A stretch of 64,000 nucleotides of DNA from Yuukianura sp. NJ FZ-2021 (lineage: Eukaryota): positions 4,464,001 to 4,528,000 of the forward strand of contig CM102289.1 of the NCBI GenBank assembly GCA_046563655.1. Direction: 5' to 3'. How positions within the stretch are numbered: position 1 is the first letter of the stretch; each line of letters opens with the position of its first letter. Below the pieces are notes generated by a model. It was not told the origin of the DNA. It was given only the letters and a program-made list of their open reading frames with translations, and did no database searches. Positions 51,918 to 64,000 of the stretch are shown here, in pieces. The position numbers and the translations under genes are program-made.

Positions 51918-54159
51918 CTAACAAATTAAACAATTGTTTTGTTTTTTAATCCTAGCTCTCTCCGTTTCATGCTGCATACCGCACTTGTCTCGTTCAAGTT
52001 CAGCCATGGCAATCTCCTTTTCCTTTTGCATTCGAATCCGAAGATTTTCATTCTCGGCTTGAACTTGTTTGGCTCGGATGTTTTGCTCATGCGCCCTGGC
52101 TGCAGCCGCCTGCTCAGCTTCATGTCTAATTTTAGCCATGTTTGCTTCTTGCTCGCTTTTGCGAATAAATTGTTTAGTCTCCGAGTCTATTTTGGCTTCC
52201 TTGAGTCTAGTTTCTTCCGCAAATTTTGATTTCTCCAATTCCATTTTCTCAACCTCAACTTTAGTTTGCATTTCAATCTCTGCTTTCATTTTTTCAGCAT
52301 CAGCGTTGATTTTAGCAACAGTTTCCACCTTTTCCTTTTGTATGCCTTCCCGTCCTGTCTTTCCTTCCTCCTCCAATTGTTTAATTTTGAGCTGGCATTC
52401 CTTTTCAACTGCATGCATTTGCTGAACGGCAGCCATCTTGATTTCAGCAACTTTGGCTTCAAGCTCGCGCATTTTCAATATTGCGGTGTGTCGGATGTTC
52501 TGCATTTCAAGTGCTTTGTCTGATAATTTGGCAACAATTTCTTGGTTTGAATAGACTTGTTCGCTACAAGCCTTGAGTTGGGCATTCCCGAGCGAGTTGT
52601 CCGAATCAACAACCTGCTTTTGTTGTAAATGATTAAGGAAAATACACAGCCCGATGCAGACGCCAACGGTAACGAGCAGAACAAGAAGTTGAGAAGTGTA
52701 GGCCTAAAAATACCAATAAATGCGGAATTTCTATATGAGTCTGTATATTGATTGAATTCTCAATTATCAAGTTTAGCTTTTGGTTTTGGTTTTATGAAGT
52801 GTAGGCCTGAACAGAACTATTCCGAAATTACTCTTAAAATGGTTTGATCAAAATTTCGCAAAATAGTGGATATTTGTAAACATGTAGTAAACATTACACT
52901 ACACTTACCAAAAATGCCAGCAGGAATACAAGTGAAGGAATTCCAACGAAAATCAATTCTTTTGGGCAAGCTTCAAGGACAACTCGAAGTGTTTCGCCTA
53001 ATCCAACCTTGTGCTTGTCTTGGTGTTGTTTGGCTTGGACTTGCAATTCTACCACTGACGCCAAACTAAAGTAAGCATAAAAGGGGACAGTAGTAATGAA
53101 AGTTGATCTTAATTCATTTCCGGTTTGATGAAAACACATTAGAATACCTGGTCGGTTTGGAGATGGAACCTAACATATCAGTCATCGCCCTCAAATTATC
53201 GGAAGTATTTTCTTTGAGGTAAATAGCCGCCGTATCTTTCAAATCGCAACTGTCCAGCGTCAACTCCTTGTTCCCATCGTTCTGTAAAATTTTAAATTTA
53301 TCAGAAGCGTTTTCGCTTTTTAATAGCGAGTCGAGTTATTTTAACGTAGCCTATCTGACAACTGGACACACTCCATGTGGATTTGGAGTTAATGTTTCGT
53401 TTTTGTAAGAAAATTTGAAATGTTTTATGTGCTGCTCATAAACCGAAAATCCGGCAAATTCCCGTTAACGTAACTACCCCTAAATAGCCAGTAGTGCTGA
53501 AAAATATTTCACATGTCTGAAAATTATAGTTTGGGTTTTTGGTAAGTGGCATTTCTGCAGAAGTCACCGAGGACATTCTGGAGCGATATTTATTCACTTT
53601 ATTGTAAAAATGAAAAACTTTGTTGACGTTTTCTGAGAAGAAAAGTGTTAAACCTTTTCCTCAACATCACGCCAAATGTCATCCAAAATTAATAACAACA
53701 GAAACCTAGTACGTCTCGACTTTGGTGACAAAGACGAGATTCCAAGGTCACGCGCTCAAGTCTAGTGTTGATAGGTCTCATTCCTTTGGACGGTGAGTCA
53801 TGTACATAATTTTTGATTGGTTAGGCTAAGTATCATGGAGTTAGACCATTAATTGCGGCAATACTCGTTCATAATCTGCCGACTCTGAGTTGACCAGTCT
53901 TAGGATTAGATTAGAATGTTCATCAGATTAGGAGTTACTGTCGTTATTGTAATTTACATTAATCTACATATCATAAAAGCATTATTCTAATTAATTGTGA
54001 CATTTTAAGTAGAACCCTTACCCGAGTAGCCAACGCTTCGGAAGAAGTTTTAGGCGCATCTTTGCAAAGTGTCTTGTCATCTTCATCTATTTCTTCAATT
54101 GTTGTACTTGTGTCTTGCGTAGTTTGACCCCCGACATAGCTTGTGCTGTTGCCCATCAT
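51918..54159 (-). CDS. Orphan hydrophobic-hairpin + coiled-coil protein with C-terminal CaaX (CLIC), ~404 aa
   Basis: Exons 54159-54022, 53281-53148, 53065-52909 and 52703-51918 join in frame (1215 nt). Starts MMGNSTS; hydrophobic stretch LIFVGIPSLVFLLAFL|AYTSQLLVLLVTVGVCIGLCIFL; E/K/A/Q-rich heptads; ends KKQNNCLIC*. Confidence 0.75.
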
Positions 54160-55268
54160 TGTTGCTGCAAAGAGTGGAATTATTGAAAAAGTTATTGGAA
54201 ATGGCAGTGGCAGACTCTCGTCCTTGCAGCAGCGCTGATGAAATGAAAGTAAGAGAACGAAGCGTCTGGAAGCGTCTGTATAAGTTATAACTATCAGGCT
54301 TCTTCTAGTGAATCCTACTTTTGGCTCCATCGCGGTCCATCCTACGATTAGTCATCAACAAGTTTCCTTGGAAATGGTGAGACTGCATTATCTGTGTCTA
54401 TTCAGTTCTACTTGGGTGATATGGAACGGATTTGACGTTACAAAAAATGGGCTATATTTGTGCATACGGGATAAACGTAGTAGTCTTTGAGGATTAAACG
54501 ACTCTGAACTACTTACTTTGCGTTCGCGCGTGAAAATGATTCTTTAGATGAAACTTTTAACTTTACGTATATTTTCTTTATAATACTTTTACATGAGAAG
54601 GCGAACAGAACTCTGCCTTCGACGTCAATAAAACCAAACTCTCAAAGGAATATTTAACGCAGAAATAACAAACTAGGACGAAAATGGGCGTCCTATTTGA
54701 CATAATTTTAAAATCACTATCTTAAATTGATAAACTAACAAAATAGATTTCTGAAATTGATCAATTGTTCAAATTTTAAAATCGTAGTTATTCGTAACTA
54801 GGAGATTATTCTGTGTGAGCTAATTTGACATACCACACCTGTTTCTCTAATACCTCTTTATATAGGCATAGTTTCTAGTACAATAGTTTCTAGCTTCTCG
54901 ACAATTAAAACGAAACTTTTAATTATAATAATTAAAATATGATGTACAAACGGCTGGTGATTTGACCTTAACTTTTTGCCGCTTTTTTGCCACGTTCTTT
55001 TCATGTTGAGTTTTTAAGGTCACAGGTTAAATAAAAGTAATTTTTCCTTGCACAATTTGAAAAAGTAAGCTTCAATATTATTGGGACACTCTTATAACTT
55101 TTCACGGTAAAAACGCGAGCTGCGAACAAGGCTTTAGCCGTTCGACTGAATGGAAGTGTGGGGGTTCGAGGCGAGTCATCAAGTTGACTGTGAGCTGAGC
55201 GAGTGAAAGCTACGTAAATTTTGTTATGAATTAGTGGAAATATAAGAAACATCTATTCGTTACGCTAA

Positions 55269-56500
55269 ATGGCTGATTCTTCGACAAACTGTTCTCCAGG
55301 AATGGTAATACAATATTTATGATAGTATTCTTATTTCGTTTTACAATGTTTTCTATTTGTTTCTAAAAACTAAAAATAAACGTTATAACCGTGTCAATTT
55401 TTAGGTGACCTCGGCAAAACTGTTCGACGAAAGGGTCGAACGGAATGTTGAATCCATTCTGTCTAATGTAACTTCCATTCACATTGTATAGTTTTAGATG
55501 CAAGTTTTATATATTTGGGTATGGACTGAATAACATCGCTAATGAAAGTGTTTAACTTTAAATTATTTTGGTGTTTCAGACAGACAATGAAATTCGTAAA
55601 ATTAAAATGCAAACAAGGAATGACGTTCAAAAAATCGACAACGCCGTTTACTCTCAAATGCAGGACACTCTGAATACTATGATAGACAATGAAGAAAAAT
55701 GTCAAACAGCGATGAACTCATTGGAGCAACATGGAATTGCACAGCGCGAAAAAATTCAAATGGACCATGTCAAGCAAATGAATACGATCGCAGAAGACCG
55801 ACAACAATTCGAGTCCCAACTGCAGGATTTTGAAAGAGACGAAATCCAAGTCCTTGAAAACGCCAAAAATGACTTATTTCATCACACAAAAGCGGAATTG
55901 CAAAACATCAAGCAGCAAGATGAACATTTTAATCTATCGCGTAATGAAGAAGAGAAAGAAATGGAGGAATTTTATTTGCGGCAAACTCAAAAACAAGAAG
56001 AAGAACTTAACGAAGCACAGAACAGACTGAATCAATCTCATTTAAAAAATATGCAGAGTTTTGAGGACGAAATGCGGAAATTCCGGGAAGAACAGAAAAG
56101 GCAATTGGCTGAATTTGAAGCAGAGGAAAAAAGAAAACAGGAAAAAATAAAAAAGAAGTCTTGGTACCAGAACTTGAACTTCCCATCCGTAAATTTTTTT
56201 GGCAGTTCTTCGTCTTCGTCAAATCCAGACTCGAACTTCCCTCCACCTAGAGTTACTTCCAATCCACAGTCACGTCAATGGGAGGCGACTACAAATTCAA
56301 ATAGACAAAGTTCGAGTTACGCGCCATATCGATACAATTGCAATCCGCAGTCAGGTCAACGGAAGCCTAATCCAGGAAATTCAAATCAAGCGATGAGGAA
56401 ACTGCCTGGGAATAGCTATTGCAGGGACAAGCACACTCCCATTGCCGGTGCAACGGCAACTTCTAACCCCATCGATTTAGATCAACTTGAATTGGACTAA
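55269..56500 (+). CDS. Orphan coiled-coil protein with S/N/P/Q-rich disordered tail, ~339 aa
   Basis: Exons 55269-55304, 55405-55467 and 55580-56500 join in phase 0. Long E/Q/K-rich helical region. Confidence 0.65.
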
Positions 56501-57146
56501 CTTTTTGACTGAACTGTTTATCTGTTTAAACTATAATAAACTAAACTAATAATAAATCAAACTCAAACACGTAACCTCGTTGAAGTCCATGATTGATATT
56601 AGCATTTGGAAGTATGTGTATCCCAAATTTCCATTTGTAAAATCTAAATTCACGCCGAACTTCCAATATCATGTCAGATCAACGTTATGAGTGTAAAGTT
56701 TGCGATGGAATCAAAATTCGATCGAAAGAGTTGAATTTGAAAACCATTCGTGTCCGATGTTTACGATTTATCTGTCTATACAGCTAAGGGATATGCGACT
56801 AATTGACTTCGGCAGAGAATATAGATATAAGTAAATCCTAGTGATTCGCTTAATTTTGATTTTCTCGTAAATATTTATCGTTTCGAATTTACTTTTGGAA
56901 TCGCTTTTGCGGAGATTGGAGAACAAAGCTTATCATAACTTATTCCAAACATCGCAGAATTCATTACGCCAATCATTATTCATTATAAATCATAATTCAT
57001 TTGAACTATATTTATTAAGACACTGCATTACTGTATTTTTACAGAAACCAATCCTTTTGTAGTACATATATTTATCATGACTTATTTAGTGTTTATAAAA
57101 ATCTGTCTATTTTGCATCATATTGGAAAAACTAAATGGGACAATGA

Positions 57147-58218
57147 TTAGTTTGGTTTCCACGAAGATCTAATTCTGGCAGCTTCTCGTTGGCTTTCTTC
57201 CAATTGACGTTTCAACTGCTCTTTCGTGCTCCTTAATTCTTTGCTGGCTTGTTGAACGCTCTGTCTGTGTTGTATTTTATGTGCATATATATCATTCTGC
57301 GCCTTTGCTTGCATTACTGATGTCATGATCTTTGCCTCTTGACGACAATTCTCCGTCAGTTCGTCCTCTTGTGAGGTCACTGTATCAATATCGTGTTGTG
57401 CCTGCCTTTGTTTAATGCGGACTCTGGACTTCATCTGGTTCTCAGTAACGGAATGACTAATGCTCACTAAATCCAAGGCCGCTTTGGATTTTTCTTCAGT
57501 ACGAGCTAGCATTTCATCTCCCTGTGAATAAAATCACTTTGCAGCTTCAAGATTGAAATAAATCTTGCACTTTCACAAATGAGTTTAAAAAATGGAACAT
57601 GACTAACTAAGCAACGCTATAACATCAAGGTTAGATTCTTTGAAAAAGTTGTTGCTATGCCAGTTACTTTGCACTGCCGGGTATATTGAAGTATTTCAGA
57701 AAAAAATTTCAAGGAATGTCAAAAAATCCAAAAGCGACAATAATAACATATTTTTTAAACACTGGCAGCAGCTTGTTTACAAGACCCAGTGCGTTATTTT
57801 ACGCCATGTCACAATATTTTTTTAAATAAGCCGGTTTAGTTTAACCTGTTTGAAACGATTACACATTTTCACTTCAAATTCCACAACTTACAATACTTTC
57901 TGCATAGTCACTGAACATTTGCGTTTTGATTAACGCAGTTGACAGCTGAGAAGCGTCAACCTGGCGCTGAATTCTAGTCTCCGTTGTGTTCCTGACGTAG
58001 ACTGCAATTTGATATATCGCAAATAAAAGAGCGGGAGGCAGAATCAGGAGGTAGACTGAATTTGTATAAATCTGAAATATTAAAATCTATCAAAAATATA
58101 CCAACTAAAGTAAAGGCATGTTGTATACACGTTTTTGTTAGTTTAACCTTACAAAGACACAGAGTCCCAGAGTAAAAGGAACGATAAAACAAGCCCATAG
58201 CTTCAAATTTCCACTCAT
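57147..58218 (-). CDS. Orphan hydrophobic-hairpin + coiled-coil protein, ~183 aa
   Basis: Exons 58218-58153, 58071-57961 and 57521-57147 give MSGNLKLWACFIVPFTLGLCVF|IYTNSVYLLILPPALLFAIYQIAVYV...|GDEMLARTEEK... Confidence 0.7.
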
Positions 58219-59480
58219 GGCAAATCAAAAATTCAGAACACCAAGTTAACTTTAATTTCTACGCCACTTTTGCAATTCTATTATTTTGTTCTACTATTTG
58301 ATAATTTTGACTTTTTGGCGGGAGTCGGTCGAGATGGAACGACGAGCGGTAGAAGTGCAACACAGCCATGCGAGGAATACACTAGGATGGATCTGCAATG
58401 ATGCGCGTGAGTCATAAGTCTACTCAAGACTCACACCATCTTTTATGCACAAGACGGTACATCAAGGTCGTCAAAATACCTCTTCAGTAACCTTCTGTGG
58501 TGGGACCTTAAAACTAAAGAAGAGTGAAATTACGGATACTACAACATTTTGGGACACATGACATCTTGCCATGTCAATTCGATGTATGGAAAGACATACC
58601 AAAGTCATGCAAATTTGTGTTACGTAGCGACGCTAATTTATGAAATTCAAAAATATAGTTTTCGTTTACTCAGTTCATATTATTTTAATCGACTTGAAGT
58701 AACATGCGCATAGGTGACGCATTATACACTGATTGGCAAATTATAACAATTATAATTATTATTGAATGTTGAAATTCTTTTGTAATATGAATGGACGTCA
58801 AAGTACGAATTTGTTACCCACTAAGTTCTCGCACCATCAAAATTCACATCCTCAAGCGTTTTTTATACATATATAATGGAGACAAAAGAAAAACGTTTTT
58901 GAACGGTCGGCGCAAATACTTTCCCAACTTGTAAATTGAACGTCTCGCTTTTGATGCAACGTTGAATGAAATGGCTTTCAAGCACAGATAAAACTGTGGA
59001 GATAAAAGTATGACTATAAATCAATGACTAATATTTGACTAATAATGTTTTCTTGGAACTTTTCCGCTTAAAACTTAAAACTCCGCTAAAAAAAGGTTAA
59101 CCTTGGTTGACTTTGGGATTGAGAACTTGTAAACAGATGAAATTGCAAAACGAAAAAGTGAGGACTAAGCAAACGACTGCAGTGCGATTTGAATGTAAAA
59201 TCATTAATATCTTGTTTGCTTCAATTTAATTTCCTGCTCCGGACAAGTTAGGATATGACGTCATTCATCATTGAAAATGCCAAGATTACATGTCTCTTAT
59301 ACTATTATGATGTAAGGACTACTGAGAGTCTAAAGAGTTTAAGGCTTGCTTGATTAATTTTACATTTCACTTTGTCCTTATGTTATTGAGAATAATCAGT
59401 AGTGTAACTTAGCTTAAGATTTGATGAGAATGAAAGTTTGATTTAAGATTCATAACAGATATTATAGAGGTAAAATTGTA

Positions 59481-59781
59481 TTTTCATCGGGTAACTCCGA
59501 TTTTCGTAATTTTTTTTTTCATAAATACCCTATGACCCGCTAACTATGAAAATATATTTTTTTTTGACCCACTCTCAAAAATTTCGAATTTTTTAAAAAT
59601 TTTGAAGATTGCAATTTCCCCATAAGGGCACTATGTTAAATTTTTCCTCAAAATAGGTTTTTGCTTATATTTTATTAGATTAGGTTAGGTTAGGTTTTAA
59701 AAAGCTTGGACAATGTTTTTAGGTTAGGTTAGTTTTTTTTTTAGAAAAAAAAATTGTGAAAATCCCAGTTACCTGATGAAA
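59481..59781. mobile_element. MITE-like element with ~35-bp imperfect TIRs and internal TTAGG repeats
   Basis: TTTCATCGGGTAACTCCGATTTTC is the inverted match of GAAAATCCCAGTTACCTGATGAAA. GTAAAATT occurs near both flanks (possible TSD). Confidence 0.65.
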
Positions 59782-59826
59782 GTAAAATTATTCCGATATT
59801 AGAAAATCATTTAGAATGGAACATTT

Positions 59827-60954
59827 TCACTCGACTTCTTCAATTACTGGACCTGATGGAGGGCAAGATAATTCTAAAAGTCTGGATCTTGGCATACTAG
59901 AAATTCCTGAACTCCCCAATCCTGAAAATCCGGATCCCAAACGACTGGGCGGTGTTCCTGAAAACCCCGATATTGTGGTCCTAGAACTCCCAGAGTGTCC
60001 AGATTCTGACGTAGCGGCGTTACCCAGCAGGCCTAATCCCACGCCAAGGGCCCCGAGTGCCGGCGTCTTTGTCAGAGCTGCAATTCCAAGCGTCGAAGCG
60101 ATTGCGTTGAGAGGATTGTTCGCTGCTTGCCTCTCTGCTGACTCTGTTTTAATCCGAGTCCTCTCCAATTTTTGGACTTCTTGAAACTTTTTTAAATCGA
60201 TTTCTTTTGCAAACATATTTTCAGCCCCCTGAATCTTTTTGTCGGTAATCCTCAAGGCAGTGTCGCTTCTCTCGTGGGCAATTGCCAAGTTAGTGGAACA
60301 CCCTAGCTGAAATCTAGAAGTTTCTTTGTCTTGCATCATTTCGTTGGTTTTGTAGTTCAATTCTCCAAGGAGTTTTTGCGTTTTGGAATTTCGTTTACTT
60401 TCTCTTTCTCGTTGTTCTAAAACCGATCGCTCAAGGCCAAAGCGCCCAAATTCCAGTTTTTCGGTTGATTCCAATGTTTTTGAGAACATGTTCGAATGTA
60501 CTTCCAATGCTGTTGTTTTATAAGTGTGGTCCAATCTTCCTAGAGTTTCCGACGTTCTAGCCTGTAGTTCGGCTCGTAAATTCTCCCCTGTTTGCAAAGT
60601 GTCCATAAGTTGGCTTGCAGTGGCCAGTCGCTCCCGCTCCACACCGACATCCATTGTCTTAAGTTCCTGGGCCGTTGTGCAATTTAAAAGGGCAACTCTC
60701 TCTGCACTTTGGGCTTGAAACTTTTGGCCTTCCAACTGTAGCTTAGTTATTTCTATCGCAGATTTGGCTTGGTGAGCAGCGATGGCTTCCTTCGTTTTAG
60801 TGGTGATGACCACAGTGTCACGATTTGCCCACAAAATTAAGACTGTGAGTAAAACAACCAGAATTGCCACACCGCATACTAAGAGTGTAGCGTCCTAAAA
60901 TTGAAAAAAAAAATGAAACAGTCTTTCAAAAAGCATTTAAAGTAACCTCACCAT
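59827..60954 (-). CDS. Orphan N-terminally membrane-anchored coiled-coil protein ending in GPVIEEVE, ~356 aa
   Basis: ATG-only exon (60954-60952) plus exon 60894-59827. TM segment LLVCGVAILVVLLTVLILW; long coiled coil; second hydrophobic Gly-rich patch; G/S-rich tail. Confidence 0.75.
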
Positions 60955-62538
60955 TGTATTCCGGCGAAGTCAAACGCGTGAAGTCTTTTTGGCCAGATCG
61001 TTTAATTGTTTTGTAGAAAGTAAGTAGAGCCGGCAGAATTGCCAGGACGGTTTCTTAAAAAAAACCTCGAAATTCAAACTTTAAGTTGACGTTTCGTGCC
61101 AACTTTATGGGAATATAGCACTTTTTAGGAACACTGTTCTATGTGGCTGTCGTAAGTTATGGCGTGGGGGGGGGGGTGAAAATAAGAGGAGGTGGCCAGA
61201 GATTTGGCTTTTGCATTCAGAGATTGAAAGTTAAATTTAGAGTTCTAGGAGAAGATATTTCTTCGTTTCTAGGAAGTCGGATTACTAACGTCAGCGTTCA
61301 GCTACCAAGTAAACAACAAAGCCCCTACATTAGAAGGTCTATGATAGAACTATGAATCCTATGGTTCAAACGTAAGCGTAGCTTGTGGAATCCACAATGT
61401 GAATGTCTATGTCCAGTCAACCCTCTCCCGTTCGAAAAATGCAATTTGCAATTGCAAATTGTATTCACTGTGGAGGGGTAAGCTGACTTGTTGCCAACCT
61501 CCCTCCATCTCATTCCCTTCAAGATGCATTCCTAGAATTTGAACTTAATAAGGTTGTATCCTTGTATCGTTTGATACCATGTTACTATCAATCACTACTA
61601 CTCTTTAAGTATAACTTGCGAGGATTACTCATCCTTACATCAAACCGTTGCAGTCCAGTTGAAAAAATTGGAAAAGATCGGTAGCCTTCGTTGGGCACCG
61701 AGTTAAAAATTGAGCGGTACAACGCGTTTAGTGTGCTGGGCAGTAACTGTAACAAGTTGTGACTCAAAGTCGTCACAACGAACATGAAACAGGTTTCTTT
61801 TCCTGAGTTTCAATTACATAACAAGCAGTAAACGTATTTCCTAGGAGAAATGACCAGCGCGGGAGACCAAAGACTGCAATTTCTTCCAGACTTGATAATC
61901 TCAATTTTAGGTTAGAAAGGTTAAGGTGTTCTATCCAATATTGATAGGCGGAAGATAAGAATGATGGACAGTATTGCTGTAATAACGTTTCTCAACTTAC
62001 ATAGCATTTCATCAGTTTTATTGTTTTTCGTATTTACAATCTGAATGAACAGAGTTGCAAAAGTTCACAGAAATGCAAAAGTGAAATATTTCATAGAATT
62101 GAAATTTTCACTGAATTAAGCAATAATAAAATAGTATGTTCGAGTGCAATATACCAACACCGTCCGTCGATGCGTTCTTTTTTACACTTGATTGCGTATA
62201 TTTCATTTGTCTCACTTTTTACATTTTTTTCAGCTGCTGGATTGCAAAAAAACGTAAATGGCCAACTCTGTGAGTGACCAACTACGCGTCACAAATTCGT
62301 CCGAACTTAACTATCTTACGTTCATAATATGTTAGGTAAAGAATTAACAGGTAAAGAATCTAAATTATTGACATTTTAGTTCTGGTAAAGTGATATTTTA
62401 TGGATACATATATCTCGTGGGAGCCAAAATTTAAGTCCGATTCGAATTTGGTGGGCGATAAAGTAGACTTTCCCATTCTCGTAAAATAGGCGAATCTTCG
62501 AAATCCTAATATTCAAGTTCCAATTTGCGAGTCGGTAG

Positions 62539-63300
62539 TTACTGCTGCAGGCAATTTTCTATTTCGCGTCTGTGATCCCTACGAGCAACCGTATTATTGC
62601 TTAATCTTTCCAATTCCACTTCCGTATTGTGTTTAATTCTTCTTTCTTCCACTTTGGCCATGATTTTGGCAGCTTCTAATTGGTTTTCCATTTGTTTCGT
62701 CAGTTCTCTGCTTTCAATTTTCCTCTAAAAGACAAAAGAAGGGGAACATTAGTAATTAACCAGATAATACACCGAAATGAAATGTTTGTGATTTTGAAGA
62801 ACTAAAAGACTTTACCATCTCAACTTGAGTTTTACACTCTCCTTCATATTTCATGAGTTCGTGCTGATTGGACAGAATACGAACTTGACCCTGCTTGTAA
62901 GTCTTATAAATTTCACATCCGTACCGCATCACAATATATGTAATTGCAACAGAAGAAGTTGCAACAATCATGGCGGTAGAGAAGAGACATTGCACCTAAG
63001 AAAAAATAAATTGAAAAATTGTTTAGTCTTTTCAATGAAAAGTTTTCAGTAATTAATGTAACTTGCAAATCTTTTAAACTAATACTTCATTTTTTAAGGA
63101 CTCACAATATAAAGCGAAACGCCGGAGAGAGAAATAATTCCAAGGTAAAAAAGGGGAGCCGGTAATCCTTCTGCACTGAATTTTCCGTTGTCTTCGATAT
63201 TTTTGACGACTTTAATTCCGTTCTTTCCGTTTTGTTTGGAGGCTACTGCACTCATGATGCTTTGATTTGGAGGAGGTGCGTCAGGAAGACTTTCTACATG
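62539..63300 (-). CDS. Orphan hydrophobic-hairpin + coiled-coil protein with C-terminal CaaX (CLQQ); 5' end uncertain
   Basis: Exons ~63300-63106, 62995-62816 and 62724-62539 give ...EGLPAPLFYLGIISLSGVSLYI|VQCLFSTAMIVATSSVAITYIV...|RKIESRE...REIENCLQQ*. Confidence 0.7.
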
Positions 63301-64000
63301 CTACAGACGGATTGAGAATGAAACCAAACTGGAGAATTTGCAAATGGTTTTCACATAAATTCTAGCTTTGCTTATGGTGCATAGTTGGGCTTTGGGGAGG
63401 ACTGGGTTACCATAAGGTTTGTATCGTATCCTTCGTTGCATCCGCGACGTAAAATGTGAACCCGTCCGCAAGATGCTTTATGTCCGCACTTCATGTGAAG
63501 AGGTGGTAAAAATATTGCATATCATATCAACTGGTTATTGGCTGGAGGTTTTTGGTTAGAATAAGTTGCGATGGTATCTCTTCCATTGAACTACAAATTT
63601 CGTTGAATTACAACTTTAGTTGTAATTCGACTTTCGTTGTAGGTTGGTTTCGGGGAAATTCATTCCGGGAAATTCGCTTCGTAATCCATTCGATGAAATG
63701 ACATGGAGCTTACTGAAACTACGAAGGCGCATCGCACCATCCACGCTCGCAAGTTGCTACGATCCTAGTTAGTCTAAAAATTCCGGGGATTTCATGGAGT
63801 CATACTTTTAGTGAGTCCCTTATATTCGGTATTCGGTATACGTGCTCCGCTACTGCTCAGCTCACATGTGTTTTTGGTGGAGTACTAACTTCAATCCCCT
63901 CCTTTTCAATGTTATTTTAGGCAGTAGTGCCTCAATTCCTCTACTTCATTTGGGAAAGGGCGAAGCGATAACTTTGTTTGACTTAATTCTAAAACACGAG

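Noticed and set aside
59679..59735. TTAGG repeats as telomere
   Set aside because: Only a few units, internal to a TIR element.

Overview
Eukaryotic, AT-rich, intron-containing animal DNA. It is almost certainly arthropod; the short introns, divergent Gr/IR chemoreceptors and TTAGG-bearing MITEs suggest a basal hexapod such as a springtail, but that is inference. All gene models below were spliced and translated by hand. Left to right: a probable pseudogene; CCT4 (chaperonin delta); an orphan secreted protein with nested MITEs in one intron; a chemosensory island (two pairs of gustatory receptors, an inverted Gr pseudogene fragment, an intronless ionotropic-receptor-like gene); a Cys-rich EB-module-like secreted protein; IDH3B; a CLC anion transporter; a large polyketide synthase; and five orphan coiled-coil genes, three with a hydrophobic hairpin and two ending in CaaX boxes. 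Main finding: a 14-exon, ~3184-aa gene (36922-50135, +) that the ORF track only partly shows. A degenerate glycogenin-like (GT8) domain encoded by six small exons splices in frame onto a bacterial-style reducing type I PKS (KS-AT-DH-cMT-ER-KR-ACP-terminal reductase). The PKS ketoreductase has His in place of the catalytic Tyr.
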